Source: Candidatus Latescibacterota bacterium
GTDB lineage: Bacteria; Latescibacterota; UBA2968; UBA8231
Assembly: GCA_965219385.1 (NCBI GenBank)
Contig: CBDCNM010000002.1
Location: 2,288,936 to 2,352,935, forward strand
Direction of reading: 5' to 3'
DNA length: 64,000 nt
Shown: positions 48,237 to 58,791 of the stretch, piece after piece
Layout of the letters: each line of letters starts with the position of its first letter
Position numbering within the stretch: position 1 is the first letter of the stretch
Made by a program: the position numbers and the translations under genes
The notes under the pieces: generated by a model
Seen by the model: the letters and a program-made list of their open reading frames with translations, nothing else
The model's database searches: none
Told to the model about the DNA's origin: nothing

Positions 48237-49559
48237 ACGGCCGCGCCGCGAACAGCTTTCTTCATTGCCTACCACTACCCGCCTATGCGTTCGACCGGCG
48301 GCGAACGCACCGTCCGGTTTTTGCGCCATCTCCCCGAATTCGGCTACGAAGCCAGGGTGCTTACGACCTCTGCCTTTGGCGGCGAGAGCGCCGGGCCCGT
48401 TCTGCGCGCCTGGGAACCCCTAAGGCTGTACCGTTGGCTGTTCAACAAAGGGGTGCGCGCCGGCGCAACCCTCTCCTATGGGCGCACCGATGCCGGTTTG
48501 CTCAGGTACCCGATCCGCTGGCTGCGCCGGACGGTGCTGGTGCCCGACGGCCAGATCACCTGGCTGCCGGCGGCCCTGCTGAAGGGGGTGCGGGCCCTGC
48601 GCCGCGATCCTCCGGACCTCCTTTATTCTACCTACCCACCCGCCAGCGCCCACTTACTGGCCCTGGTGTTGAAGGGGATAACCGGGCTGCCCTGGGTGGC
48701 CGACTTTCGCGATTCCTGGATCTACGACCCCCTCGACCCGGCACTGGAGGAGTTGCCCTACCGACGGGCCCTGGAAAAGCGCCTCGAAGAGGCTGTGGTG
48801 CTGGGAGCGGACCAGGTGATCGCAGCGACGGAAATCAGTGCGGACTACCTGCGGCAGGCCTACCCGCCGGCAGCCGGCGCCATCGAAGTCATCCCCAATG
48901 GCTTTGAACCGGACGAGTTTCCAGAGACCAGAGCCTCCCGCTCCCGTTGTGGACAAGGCCCGTTGGAAATGGTTCACACCGGCTCTTTTTCCCACAGTCA
49001 CCCCAAACGCACCCCGCAGCCGATTTTTGCAGTCCTGGAGGCCCTGATCGAGGAGGATCCATCCTGGGCTTCCCGTCTGCGCCTGGTGCTGGTGGGCCAT
49101 CTCAGCATTCCCGAACAGAGAGCGGCCAGGCGTCTCGAGCGGGCGGGCGTCGTAGAGATCCGCGGGGTCCTGGAGCGGGAGGAGACCCTCAAGTGCCAGC
49201 AACAGGCACACGTTTTGTTGCTGGTGGATCACGTGCGCAACCACCCTGCTTCCAACGTGCCGGGCAAATTCTACGAATACCTGGCCAGGCGGCGACCTAT
49301 TCTGGCCTTGTGCGGCCCCGGGATGGTGGAGCGCATGGTGAGGGGACTGGGGGCGGGGCTGCACGCGGATCTGGACGATCCACAGGCCATTCGCGCAGGG
49401 TTGATGCGGCTCTACGACCTCTTTCAACGGGACCAGCTCGAGGTTGGCGTGGACGAGGCTGCCCTGCGCCGCTTTCACCGCCGTGAATTGACGCGCGAAC
49501 TGGCTCGCTGCTTTGATAGGCTCGTAGAGCCATGGACCAGCGATTCCCTGCGCAAGTAG
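48237..49559 (+). CDS. GT4 glycosyltransferase (start uncertain)
   Basis: AY.YPP....G..R, PD....W, PWVADFRD.W, IPNGF, PGK.YEY. Confidence 0.85.
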   Translation, partial: TAAPRTAFFIAYHYPPMRSTGGERTVRFLRHLPEFGYEARVLTTSAFGGESAGPVLRAWEPLRLYRWLFNKGVRAGATLSYGRTDAGLLRYPIRWLRRTVLVPDGQITWLPAALLKGVRALRRDPPDLLYSTYPPASAHLLALVLKGITGLPWVADFRDSWIYDPLDPALEELPYRRALEKRLEEAVVLGADQVIAATEISADYLRQAYPPAAGAIEVIPNGFEPDEFPETRASRSRCGQGPLEMVHTGSFSHSHPKRTPQPIFAVLEALIEEDPSWASRLRLVLVGHLSIPEQRAARRLERAGVVEIRGVLEREETLKCQQQAHVLLLVDHVRNHPASNVPGKFYEYLARRRPILALCGPGMVERMVRGLGAGLHADLDDPQAIRAGLMRLYDLFQRDQLEVGVDEAALRRFHRRELTRELARCFDRLVEPWTSDSLRK

Positions 49560-49568
49560 TTCACCTTA

Positions 49569-49892
49569 ATGAATACAAGAAAACGATCAATGCTCATCAA
49601 ATCCAAAAATCGCAATCTGATTGGGTATGTACTCTCTGGCGCTTTCTGCATTAGACTCTTGGTTCCTCTACTCGCCCTGCTCATTGCCAGGGATTATTCA
49701 GTATTCCACTCCCGAGATACAGCCTCCTACTTAGAACCTGCAAGACAACTGTTGTCGTTCGGTAGATTTTTCAGCAATGGCTTGCCCGAGCTCTTCCACG
49801 CTCCGGGATATCCGCTATTCTTAATTCCGGGAATTGTGCTAGCCATTGGGCGTTTTTCCGCAATCAAGGTAGCCGGGTCTCTTGCGGACTAG
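49569..49892 (+). pseudogene. N-terminal fragment of an ArnT/GT39-like membrane glycosyltransferase
   Basis: TM helix, D...Y...A, PGYPLFL, then an early stop. Confidence 0.55.
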
Positions 49893-49907
49893 GATGGATC
49901 GGCGGCT

Positions 49908-51500
49908 TCATGGGGGCGGACCTGGGCCGTGGGTCACCAACGCTCGCATCTCGGGGTAGTACCTGCTGTCCCGGTCCAGTGCCACCCCCATCTCTACTCC
50001 CAGGGTCGCGGCAGGGAAGTATTCGTAATGGGCGATGAAATGTGGGTGGTTGGAGATTTGCTCGATGACTCGCTGATAGTGCGGGTGGGGCATGTAGATC
50101 AAATCGGGGCGGTATTCTTGAAACAGATAGTCGGGGGAGAATCCATAGCGTGCAAAAGTTGTCTCGTTCAGCCCCGTCAGGTCTACAATGGTCTTGTGCG
50201 GATTCATGGCCGCGGGCATGCCCACCTCCGTGGTCGCCATTACCAAGTCGTCCGGCAAGAGCGAGAATTCATCGAGGCGAAACCAGTAGGTAGAGCCTCT
50301 TTTAAGATAGGTGTCGCGGACATCGAAGTTCAGAAAGTCGTCCCTGTAGAATTGCGAACCCAGACCTCGGGCGACCGATACGGCCGCGGGAAAGAGGAAC
50401 CCCAGAAAGACGAGGGTGGCGAGGAAACGAAAAGGCTGGAGTTCCCGCTGGAGGAGCGGAGGAATCCTGTCGATCAGTCTGGTGGCGCTTTGCGCGGCCA
50501 GGAAGAGGAGCGCGGGAAGCGTAGGGTAGTAGAAGCGCTGGTGGTAGGGCATGATTTGCAGGACGAAAAACAGGTAGTAGAGCACGAAGAGGCAGGTCGC
50601 CATTAGCAGGCCCTTGTCGACGGCGGAGACCCGGGACTTCCACTGTCTGCCACCGAGCATTAAATCGGCGCCGATAAGCGTCCATAAATACCAGTAAGAG
50701 GCGAGAAAAGAGAGAAATTCGGCCGCGGGAACAAAGCGGTACTGGGCTGCCAGGAAAGCGCCGTAGAGCTGGGTTCCCTTGGCGTAGAAGGGGAGCGGCA
50801 GGGGGGTGTTGAAGTAGTGCCAGGCAAATAAGACCTGGGCACCGACGGCGACGACCGTGAGCAGTAGAATCAGAACTCCGTTGCACCTGGTCTTTGAATC
50901 CGCACCAAAGAAGGCGATGGCCGCAGGGACGAAAAACGAGTAGATCAGCAAGTCGGGCCTGGCGGAAAAGGCCAGCCCTCCCCACAGCCCCATCCAGGCG
51001 ATGCTCGCCGTACTAGGGGTGCGTTCGTGCCGCCTGGCCACGAGGATATAGATGCTTAAAAACGCACAGGCGAAGAGGGTATCCATGCCTCCGACAAAAT
51101 GACCCGCCAGGTAGTAAATCGAAGCCGCCAGAGAGCCAAAACTCAGAAGCATCAAGAGACGACCAACACCGGGGCCGGCGTCGGTGTGGCGCTTCACCAG
51201 GATGGCCAGCGAGACGAGAAAAAGAATCCCCCCGAGTAGACTGGCCAGTCCGGCGGTTAAAGCCGGATCCGCGGGCAGAAAAAAGCGGATGGGCAGCACC
51301 AGACTTAAAAACAGCCAGGAGGTGAGTCCGTAGGTCGGCTCGCCTGCGGGATTCCAGGATATCTTTGCACCTGCGAGCACGCTGTCCGCGTAGCGCACGA
51401 ACATGAAGGCGTCGTCCAGGATAAAACGGGCCGCAAACTGCGACAATACGCCCAGAACGAGGATGGCGCAACAGGCGATCAGAGCAAACCTCGAGTACAT
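49908..51500 (-). CDS. Polytopic GT-C-like membrane protein
   Basis: DDAF...RYA....G...WN.....G.TS, GM(D)T, RPD, P..FYAK, D..GL. Confidence 0.7.
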   Translation of the reverse strand: MYSRFALIACCAILVLGVLSQFAARFILDDAFMFVRYADSVLAGAKISWNPAGEPTYGLTSWLFLSLVLPIRFFLPADPALTAGLASLLGGILFLVSLAILVKRHTDAGPGVGRLLMLLSFGSLAASIYYLAGHFVGGMDTLFACAFLSIYILVARRHERTPSTASIAWMGLWGGLAFSARPDLLIYSFFVPAAIAFFGADSKTRCNGVLILLLTVVAVGAQVLFAWHYFNTPLPLPFYAKGTQLYGAFLAAQYRFVPAAEFLSFLASYWYLWTLIGADLMLGGRQWKSRVSAVDKGLLMATCLFVLYYLFFVLQIMPYHQRFYYPTLPALLFLAAQSATRLIDRIPPLLQRELQPFRFLATLVFLGFLFPAAVSVARGLGSQFYRDDFLNFDVRDTYLKRGSTYWFRLDEFSLLPDDLVMATTEVGMPAAMNPHKTIVDLTGLNETTFARYGFSPDYLFQEYRPDLIYMPHPHYQRVIEQISNHPHFIAHYEYFPAATLGVEMGVALDRDSRYYPEMRALVTHGPGPPP

Positions 51501-51506
51501 CTAGAC

Positions 51507-52952
51507 TCACTTTTCCGCCAGGTTCGCAGCGGCAGGAGCCGGCATCCGCCCGGATGCGACCACCGCGATCATTCCGAACAGGATTCCATGCACCAAGGCG
51601 AAGCGTCCATTGATCATGGAGCCATCGCTCAGCCCCAGGGTGTACATGGCCATCAGCACGGCCGTGGCTCCGCTGGCAAAAGCGCGGCCGGAGGGGTCGT
51701 CGGTGTGTCTGAAGGTGCGGTAGGACAGACGCAGCATGCGCAAGCCCAGCCAGGCGGCGGCCACCAATCCGACCAGTCCCATTTTCCACAGCAGCATCAG
51801 GTAGAGGCTGTCCAGGCTCCAGGTTGTCCAGATTTCGAAGCGACCCTTGGAAGGATTGAAAGTCGGAAAGGTGAGAGAGGATCCCAGGCCGTTGCCCAGG
51901 AAGGGATGTTGGGCAATGGCCTGCAGGGCGTTCGAATACGATATAAGCCGTCCCAGGACGTGAAGATCGCGCTGGTAGTCCACAAAGGTGCGCGAGCGCT
52001 CCAGGACATGGGCGTCGACAGCCGTGCCGGTGAGGCCTTGAAAGAGGGCGACCGTGGCCCCCAGGACCACCAGGATGGCCAAAATTAAAAGGAGGGTGCG
52101 CCAGGGGCTCCGCCGGCCGGTGGGCTGGTTGTAGTAGTGCAAACATGCTATGGTTATGAGACCGATTCCGAAGGCCACCCACATGCCCCGTCCCACGGTC
52201 AGGACAAAAGCCAGGCCAATGGGCAAGAGCAGGCCCAACAGGACGAGGCGGCCGTAGCGGCGTGGATCGTAGATGAACTGGTTGATGATAAAAAGCAGGG
52301 CAATCGGCAAAATAATGCCCTGGAGGCGGGCGACGCGGACAAAGCGGGTGCCGACGGAAAGGTCAATGGCGTCGAGAAATTCCAGGATGTACTCGACGCT
52401 GACGATAAGCCCGGCAAGCGCGAAAACAACCAGAAAGATTCTCAACGCGGTTTTGGCATCGACAAAATTAGTGACCAGGAAGAAGACCATGTAATAAAGT
52501 GGGAAGCGGACGTCGTAGAGGACCAGCGAGAAGGGGGTGTCCCTTGCCAGACCGACTACCGTCGAAGACAAGATCGCCAGGAAAAAAACCAGGACGGGAA
52601 GATCGGCGCTGCTGCTCCGGATGGTCAGCGAGCGTCGGTGGATCAGCTCGATCAGGGCAAAGGCAAGTGCCACCAGAAAGAGGGTCTCCTGTAGTTGAAA
52701 GCCGCCTGGCAGGCGCAGCTTTGTGAGCACCTTGACCGGCAGTACGATATTGAGCAGGAGGAGAACCAGGAGGGTGCGCTGCACGGAAAACAATATGAAG
52801 CAGATGCCCAGGAGTACGGGTCCTACCAGGGCCATCCACTTGATTGAAAACAGGGCGGGCAGACCGATCAGCAGCACCAGACTCAAACAGACCACCAGGA
52901 TCAGTAATTTGTTGTCCGGCCGCACCCACCCGAATTCGGCCTGTACGGTCAT
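51507..52952 (-). CDS. O-antigen ligase/Wzy_C family protein
   Basis: Many TM helices, T..RG.W, HPFLGNGLG, S.YL..L...G..G. Confidence 0.8.
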   Translation of the reverse strand: MTVQAEFGWVRPDNKLLILVVCLSLVLLIGLPALFSIKWMALVGPVLLGICFILFSVQRTLLVLLLLNIVLPVKVLTKLRLPGGFQLQETLFLVALAFALIELIHRRSLTIRSSSADLPVLVFFLAILSSTVVGLARDTPFSLVLYDVRFPLYYMVFFLVTNFVDAKTALRIFLVVFALAGLIVSVEYILEFLDAIDLSVGTRFVRVARLQGIILPIALLFIINQFIYDPRRYGRLVLLGLLLPIGLAFVLTVGRGMWVAFGIGLITIACLHYYNQPTGRRSPWRTLLLILAILVVLGATVALFQGLTGTAVDAHVLERSRTFVDYQRDLHVLGRLISYSNALQAIAQHPFLGNGLGSSLTFPTFNPSKGRFEIWTTWSLDSLYLMLLWKMGLVGLVAAAWLGLRMLRLSYRTFRHTDDPSGRAFASGATAVLMAMYTLGLSDGSMINGRFALVHGILFGMIAVVASGRMPAPAAANLAEK

Positions 52953-53231
52953 TTTTGATTCCTCTTTATTTTTCCACGGATCCTTATAAAAACTGGGGCA
53001 GGAGATTCTACCCGGCGCCGAATTCGTTTTGCCAACCGAGGTACATACAGCTTAGAAGCCTTCTTAACTGCATCATCGGAACGGGTCTCCTTGCCTAGGT
53101 GGCACGTGGGAAGAGGGAAGAAAAGTAAAGAATAAGGAATCCAGCCGCGCTTGCCCAGACTTCCGGAGAGCCAGTGGTTTGCCCGTGGTGCGCATTTGTG
53201 CTATTTTTTCGGCTCTGAAGCAGAGGTATGC

Positions 53232-54194
53232 ATGAAAGACACCCTGTTATCTATCTGTATCGTCAACTGGAACACCAGAGGGCTGTTGCAGGACTGCCTG
53301 ACCTCCATATACGCCGATCCTGCAGCGGTCGATTGGGAGGTTCTGGTGGTCGACAACGCCTCCGAGGACGACAGCGCGTCCATGGTCGAGGCCGGTTTTC
53401 CGCAGGTCCGGCTTTTCTCCAGCCGGAAAAACCTGGGTTTTGTCGGGGGTTATAATCTGGCTCTGGGGGAAGCCAGGGGCAGGTACCTGCTTTTGCTCAA
53501 CTCGGATACCCGGGTGGAAAAGGGGGCTCTAAGTGCGCTGGTGGATTTTATGGAAGCGTGTCCGGTCGCCGGAGTTGTGGGCCCCAAACTGCTGAACGCG
53601 GATGGTTCACTACAGTTATCGTGTGGTGTATCACCCAGTTTGTGGACTGAATGCATCAATAAATTATTGTTGCATAACTTATTCCCCTTCTTTAAATTAG
53701 GTAACTGGCACCACAGCGAAATCCGGGAAGTGGGGTGGGTTGCGGGGGCCTGTCTACTGGTCCGCAGAACGGTTGTCGAACAGCTCGGTCCTCTGGATTC
53801 GGGTATTTATATGTTCTACGAAGATCTCGAGTGGTGCATGAGGATCCGCAGAGGGGGTTGGAAGATTTTCTATCAACCGCAAAGCTGGGTCTATCACCTG
53901 GGAGGGCAGAGCACCCGGAAAAACCTCGGGAAGATGCTGGTCATCAGCCAACACAGTCTGTTCTACCTCTTTAACAAATACTTCGGTCGCCGGCAGGTGT
54001 TTGTTCTGCGCCTGCTGACTATAGTCGAGATGCTACTCCGCTCTGTGGTGTGGAGCGGATTTTTTATGTTGTTTCCATCGCGGCGGGACGAGAGCCGTCA
54101 GCGCCTTCGGGCCTATCGCGAAATCCTGTTCAAAAGTGTCGGGGAACGGACTTATTGGGCTCCTTTACAACCCGGCGCAATGGAGCATCGCTAG
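53232..54194 (+). CDS. GT2 glycosyltransferase
   Basis: IVNWN, VVDNAS.D.S, N.GF, LLNSD, GAC, MFYED. Confidence 0.9.
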   Translation: MKDTLLSICIVNWNTRGLLQDCLTSIYADPAAVDWEVLVVDNASEDDSASMVEAGFPQVRLFSSRKNLGFVGGYNLALGEARGRYLLLLNSDTRVEKGALSALVDFMEACPVAGVVGPKLLNADGSLQLSCGVSPSLWTECINKLLLHNLFPFFKLGNWHHSEIREVGWVAGACLLVRRTVVEQLGPLDSGIYMFYEDLEWCMRIRRGGWKIFYQPQSWVYHLGGQSTRKNLGKMLVISQHSLFYLFNKYFGRRQVFVLRLLTIVEMLLRSVVWSGFFMLFPSRRDESRQRLRAYREILFKSVGERTYWAPLQPGAMEHR

Positions 54195-54205
54195 AAGTGT
54201 ACTCC

Positions 54206-55393
54206 ATGGATGAACGCATCCCTATTTGCAAACCCTTGTTCGGCGAGGAAGAATATCAGGCGTTGCGCCGGACCCTGGCCTCGGGCTGGGTGGGACGCGG
54301 GCCCCAGACGCTTGAATTCGAAGAGCGCTTTGCCGAGTTCATCGGGGTCGAGCACGCGGTGGCGTTGAATTCGGCCACCGCGGCCCTGCACCTGGCCCTG
54401 CTGGCGGCCGAAGTGGAGGGCCAGGAAGTGCTTACCACCTCGATGACATTTGTGTCTACCAACCATGCCATAGTGCACAGCGGCGCCCGTCCGGTTTTTT
54501 TCGATGTCGAAGCGGATACCCTGAACATCAGTCCCCGGGAGATTGAAAAAAATATTGCGCCGACCACGCGGGCCATCCTGGTGATGCACTACGGCGGCCA
54601 CGCCTGTGACATGGATCCCATTCTGGAACTGGCCGCTGAAAACGGCCTGTGGGTGATCGAGGATGTCGCCCAAGGGTGCGGAGGGCTCTACCGGGATCGC
54701 AAATTGGGGTCCATGGGACATATAGGCTGTTTTAGTTTTCAGGCCACCAAAAACCTGACCACCGGGGATGGAGGCATCCTGGCCACCAGCGACGGGGCCC
54801 TGGCCCAGCGCATTCGCAAGTTGCGCTGGGTGGGTATCTCAAAACCCACCTGGGAGCGCTTCCGTCCGGGGCAGCCGAAAAGGGACTGGATGTACGAGGT
54901 GGAGGAATTTGGTTTCAAGTTCGAAATGAACGATCTGGCCGCGGCCCTGGGCCTGGTGCAACTGGGCAAGCTGGAACAGGCTAATACAGAGCGCCGCCGG
55001 CTGCTGGAGCGCTACCATCGGGCCTTCTCCGAGGTCGAAGGCATCGAGGTTCTGGCCTGTAGAGAATACGCGCAAAGCGCCTGCTACAATGCGGTGGTCA
55101 GGGTAGAAAGACGCGATGACTTGCACGACTATCTACACGCGCACGGCATCGACTCCAACGTCCACTATTATCCCAATCATCTGCTGCCTATCTACAGACC
55201 GTACACCACGCGTCTGCCTGTTTTAGAGGCCGAGTGGCAAAGCATTCTGACCATTCCCCTCTACCCTGGTCTGCGCGAGAAAGAACAGGATCGGGTTATA
55301 GACTGTGTGCGCAGTTTTATCACTGCCCAAAGCAGGGGCGATGAAAACCAGAGAGGGGTTGTAGCAAGTAGCGGCACCGTGTCGTCTGCATGA
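54206..55393 (+). CDS. DegT/DnrJ/EryC1/StrS aminotransferase
   Basis: NSATAALHLAL, IED.A, FSF.ATKNLTTGDGG, G....M. Confidence 0.93.
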   Translation: MDERIPICKPLFGEEEYQALRRTLASGWVGRGPQTLEFEERFAEFIGVEHAVALNSATAALHLALLAAEVEGQEVLTTSMTFVSTNHAIVHSGARPVFFDVEADTLNISPREIEKNIAPTTRAILVMHYGGHACDMDPILELAAENGLWVIEDVAQGCGGLYRDRKLGSMGHIGCFSFQATKNLTTGDGGILATSDGALAQRIRKLRWVGISKPTWERFRPGQPKRDWMYEVEEFGFKFEMNDLAAALGLVQLGKLEQANTERRRLLERYHRAFSEVEGIEVLACREYAQSACYNAVVRVERRDDLHDYLHAHGIDSNVHYYPNHLLPIYRPYTTRLPVLEAEWQSILTIPLYPGLREKEQDRVIDCVRSFITAQSRGDENQRGVVASSGTVSSA

Positions 55394-56490
55394 AATTACT
55401 TTTTGTAACTCAGTATGGATTCCTGGCGGCGAGCAGCCGGACGCGAGTATTCCAGTACCTGCCGTACCTGCACCTGCATCGCATTCAGACCTGTGTGATC
55501 ACGGTGCTGCCCGACAGGGGGATTGCCGGTTCGCAAATCCTGGTAACCCGCAACCTGTGGCGCAAGATAACCTATTATTTCTGGGCTACCTGCCGGACCT
55601 TGATCTGCGGAATTCGAGCCTGGTTGAAAGCGGGTGGCTACGATATCCTGTTTATCCAGAAGGTCATTTTTCCCGCTCCGGTTCGCTGGCTGCTGAGCTG
55701 GCGTCGTCCTCTGGTGGCCTACGATTTCGACGACGCTATTTTTACTACTGAGGTACAACAGCACAACTGGCTGGCGGCCTGGAAACAGCGGCGCAATACC
55801 CTGGGGCTGCCGGCCATGCTGAAGCTGGCCGACCTGGCGCTGGTCGAAAACCACTACACCGCCGAATTCGCCGCCCGTTACTGTCCCGCGGTATCGATCA
55901 TTACCGGGCCGATTGATACCGAGCGCTATAGCGCCCCACGGGAGGGGCTGGGAAGAGCGAACCGGGTGGTTCTGGGATGGATCGGCAGTGCCACCACTCT
56001 GGCCTACCTGGACCTGATTCGGGCGCCTCTGGCGCGGCTGGGTCGTCGTTTCCCCAACCTGCTCTTCCGGGTGATCGGCGCCGACGCCGTGGACATGGAG
56101 GGGATTCAGGTCGAAACCAGGATCTGGAGCCTGGATCGGGAGGTGGAGGACCTAAAAAGTTTTGATATTGGATTAATGCCCATGCCCGATGATTCCTGGA
56201 CTCGAGGCAAGGGTGGGTACAAACTGCTCCAGTACATGGCCATGGGCTTGCCCGTGGTGACCAGTCCGGTAGGAGTCAATCGGCAAATCGTCGACGATGG
56301 AAAAGACGGATTCTGGGCCCACAGTCCCGAGGAGTGGGAAGACTGCCTGGCGCAGCTGATTCAGGATCCTCAACTTCGGCTCGAAATGGGGCAGCGGGGG
56401 CGTGCGAGAGTGGAAGCAGAGTATGCTCTGGATATCAGCAGTCAACGTCTTTTGGACCGGCTGCGGAAACTGGCACGGGGCGGGGGATGA
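55390..56490 (+). CDS. GT4 glycosyltransferase
   Basis: ASSR.R..QY, YDFDDA, GWIGS, DIG.MP, GK...K..QYMA.G.P. Confidence 0.9.
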   Translation: MKLLFVTQYGFLAASSRTRVFQYLPYLHLHRIQTCVITVLPDRGIAGSQILVTRNLWRKITYYFWATCRTLICGIRAWLKAGGYDILFIQKVIFPAPVRWLLSWRRPLVAYDFDDAIFTTEVQQHNWLAAWKQRRNTLGLPAMLKLADLALVENHYTAEFAARYCPAVSIITGPIDTERYSAPREGLGRANRVVLGWIGSATTLAYLDLIRAPLARLGRRFPNLLFRVIGADAVDMEGIQVETRIWSLDREVEDLKSFDIGLMPMPDDSWTRGKGGYKLLQYMAMGLPVVTSPVGVNRQIVDDGKDGFWAHSPEEWEDCLAQLIQDPQLRLEMGQRGRARVEAEYALDISSQRLLDRLRKLARGGG

Positions 56491-57318
56491 ATGAGCGGAT
56501 TAGAACAAGTAGATAATGCCTTTACGGTTGATCTCGAGGACTGGTACCAGGGCCTGGAAATCGATATGGCCGAGTGGGACGGTTTTGAAGATCGTCTGCA
56601 TGTCGGCGTCCGGTGTCTGCTGGATCTGCTCGAAGAGGCCGGTGTCAGGGCTACCTTTTTCGCGCTCGGGTACGCCGCCGAGCGTGCTCCTGAACTGGTT
56701 CGCGAGATCCGCGACCGCGGCCACGAGATCGCTACCCACGGCTACAGCCACCGCTTTGTGTACCGGTTGGGCGCAGAAGGTTTTCGTCGGGATTTGCAGC
56801 GCTCACTGGATGTGCTCGACAAGATACTGGGCATTCCGGTTCTGGGGCATCGGGCGCCTTTTTTTTCTCTTACTCGGCAGGCGGAATGGGCCTTTGAAAT
56901 CCTGAGGGACTGCGGTATCTTGTACGATTCCAGCGTTTTTCCAGTGTATAACTATCGCTACGGCATACCCGATGCACCGCGCTGGGTCTACCAGGTTCGC
57001 AAAGGCCTGATGGAATTCCCGCTTTCGACCTACCGCATCTGGAAGTGCAATATCCCCGTGGGAGGGGGTGCCTATTTCCGTTTATTCCCTTATACTTTCA
57101 CCCGGCGCGGTATGCGGAAGATAAATGCCGGTGGACGGCCCGCGGTGTTTTACATACATCCCTGGGAGCTGGATCCGGAACAACCGCGCCTGGCCTTGCC
57201 GCGGCGCATCGGCCTGACCCACTACTGGAATCTGCAGAGTACCAGGAAACGTCTTCGCACCTTATTGAAAGAGTTTCGCTTTACCACCATGAGCAGAATT
57301 CTGGGAATGGATTCGTGA
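56491..57318 (+). CDS. Polysaccharide deacetylase (DUF3473-type)
   Basis: TVD.EDW, ATFF.LG, HEIA.HG..H, RAP.FS, YDSS, GGG.YFR, Y.HPWE.DP.QP. Confidence 0.92.
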   Translation: MSGLEQVDNAFTVDLEDWYQGLEIDMAEWDGFEDRLHVGVRCLLDLLEEAGVRATFFALGYAAERAPELVREIRDRGHEIATHGYSHRFVYRLGAEGFRRDLQRSLDVLDKILGIPVLGHRAPFFSLTRQAEWAFEILRDCGILYDSSVFPVYNYRYGIPDAPRWVYQVRKGLMEFPLSTYRIWKCNIPVGGGAYFRLFPYTFTRRGMRKINAGGRPAVFYIHPWELDPEQPRLALPRRIGLTHYWNLQSTRKRLRTLLKEFRFTTMSRILGMDS

Positions 57319-57965
57319 ACAGCGAGCAAGTCCGCCGTCATTTCGACAACCAAGCCGAGCGTTTCGACGCGATTTACAGGGAGGAAAAGAGGCTTTCCCA
57401 GAAGTTGGTAGACCGCCTTTTCCGCTCTGTGATTCATCGGCGCTTTCAGCTGACGTTTGAGTTGTGCGGCGAGGCGGCGGGCAAGCGGATTCTGGATATC
57501 GGCTGCGGTTCCGGGCGCTATGGGGTCGAATTCGCTCGCCGGGGGGCCGAAGTAGTCGGGCTGGACTTTGCTCCTGGTATGATAGAGATAGCACGGGAAG
57601 CGGCAAGGGCTGCTGGTGTAGGCCATCGTTGTAGATTTTTGAACCATGATTTTCTTACCTGGTGTGAGCCCAGTCACTTCGATATTTGTCTGGCAATTGG
57701 ATTTTTTGATTATATTGAAAAGCCGGGGGTTTTTCTGGAGAAAATCCATGGCTTGGGCCCTGAACAGGCGGTGTTCAGTTTTCCAGCGCGCTGGACCCTG
57801 CGATCTCTGCCGCGCTGGATACGTTTGAGGCTAACTCATTGTCCAGTATACTTTTACGATGCTAAGGAAAGTATGCAATTACTTGCGGATGCGGGTTGGA
57901 AATCCGTGACCCTCCACCGCTTGAGTCGAGATTATCTGCTTCACGGACGCCTGGACAAAAATTGA
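57315..57965 (+). CDS. Class I SAM-dependent methyltransferase
   Basis: ILDIGCGSG, GLDF...M, G.FDY; GTGA overlap with the upstream gene. Confidence 0.88.
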   Translation: MNSEQVRRHFDNQAERFDAIYREEKRLSQKLVDRLFRSVIHRRFQLTFELCGEAAGKRILDIGCGSGRYGVEFARRGAEVVGLDFAPGMIEIAREAARAAGVGHRCRFLNHDFLTWCEPSHFDICLAIGFFDYIEKPGVFLEKIHGLGPEQAVFSFPARWTLRSLPRWIRLRLTHCPVYFYDAKESMQLLADAGWKSVTLHRLSRDYLLHGRLDKN

Positions 57966-58039
57966 TAAGGAACCCTTGTATGGTTGCGGATTGATGGTTT
58001 TATACCGCTTTCCCCAGGACTCTTCAACTCTCTAGTTTC

Positions 58040-58791
58040 TTGACACTTAGTGCTTCAAAACCTTGTTTTAGGGTAACGAATGCACCCAAAGGTAAAAAAA
58101 ATTCAACCATGAGAACCCGAATCGCCCCCATCGTCCCCTCGGGTCGCATTGCCTATTTTCTGTTCAGCGCCCGTCTAGTGAGGCTGCGCGAGGTTGTTCG
58201 GCTCACCGCCCTGCGGTGCGCTTTGGGGCTCTACCGCACCTTGCGCCGAGAATGCTTCAATATCGTACATCCCCACAATCCCCAAGGCGGTCTTCTGGGA
58301 CCCCTGACAGGCCAACTGGCCCGCACCTCCTTGGTCGTGCATACGGTCCACGGCTTTCCATCCAATGAGAACAGCTCTCCCGGCTCCACCGTTTGCTGGC
58401 TGTGGGGGCCGAACAGTGGACTGCTTTCTGGTGCGATCGCCTCCTCTTATAGAGTGCCGAGGACCACGATTACGCATGCAACCACCGTTTCAAAGCTTCG
58501 GAGCGGCTGCATTTGATTGGCAACGGAATTGACCAGCATCGTTTCGACCGGAACCAGCATCCACGGGCACGCCAACTAAAGCGTGGGGAATTGGGTCTGG
58601 AAGAGGAGCAGTTGGTGGGAGTGGTCGGTCGTCTGGTAGAGGAGAAAGGCCATGGTGAATTTTTTGCCATGGCCGGCCGCATGGCCCGGAAGTTTCCTCG
58701 GGCCCACTTCCTGGTGGTAGGCATCACCGAAGAAGATCAGTCTGAGGTCCTCGGTCCTCAATCAACAGACATCAGGGATATAAAACTATGA
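58040..58791 (+). pseudogene. Degraded GT4 glycosyltransferase
   Basis: IVH.H....G.LG, VHTVHGF, IGNGID and VGRLV.EKG are spread over different frames with a stop; C-terminus missing. Confidence 0.75.

Noticed and set aside
52990..53090. 22-codon minus-strand ORF with an AAGGAG RBS
   Set aside because: Too short, with no motif or contextual support
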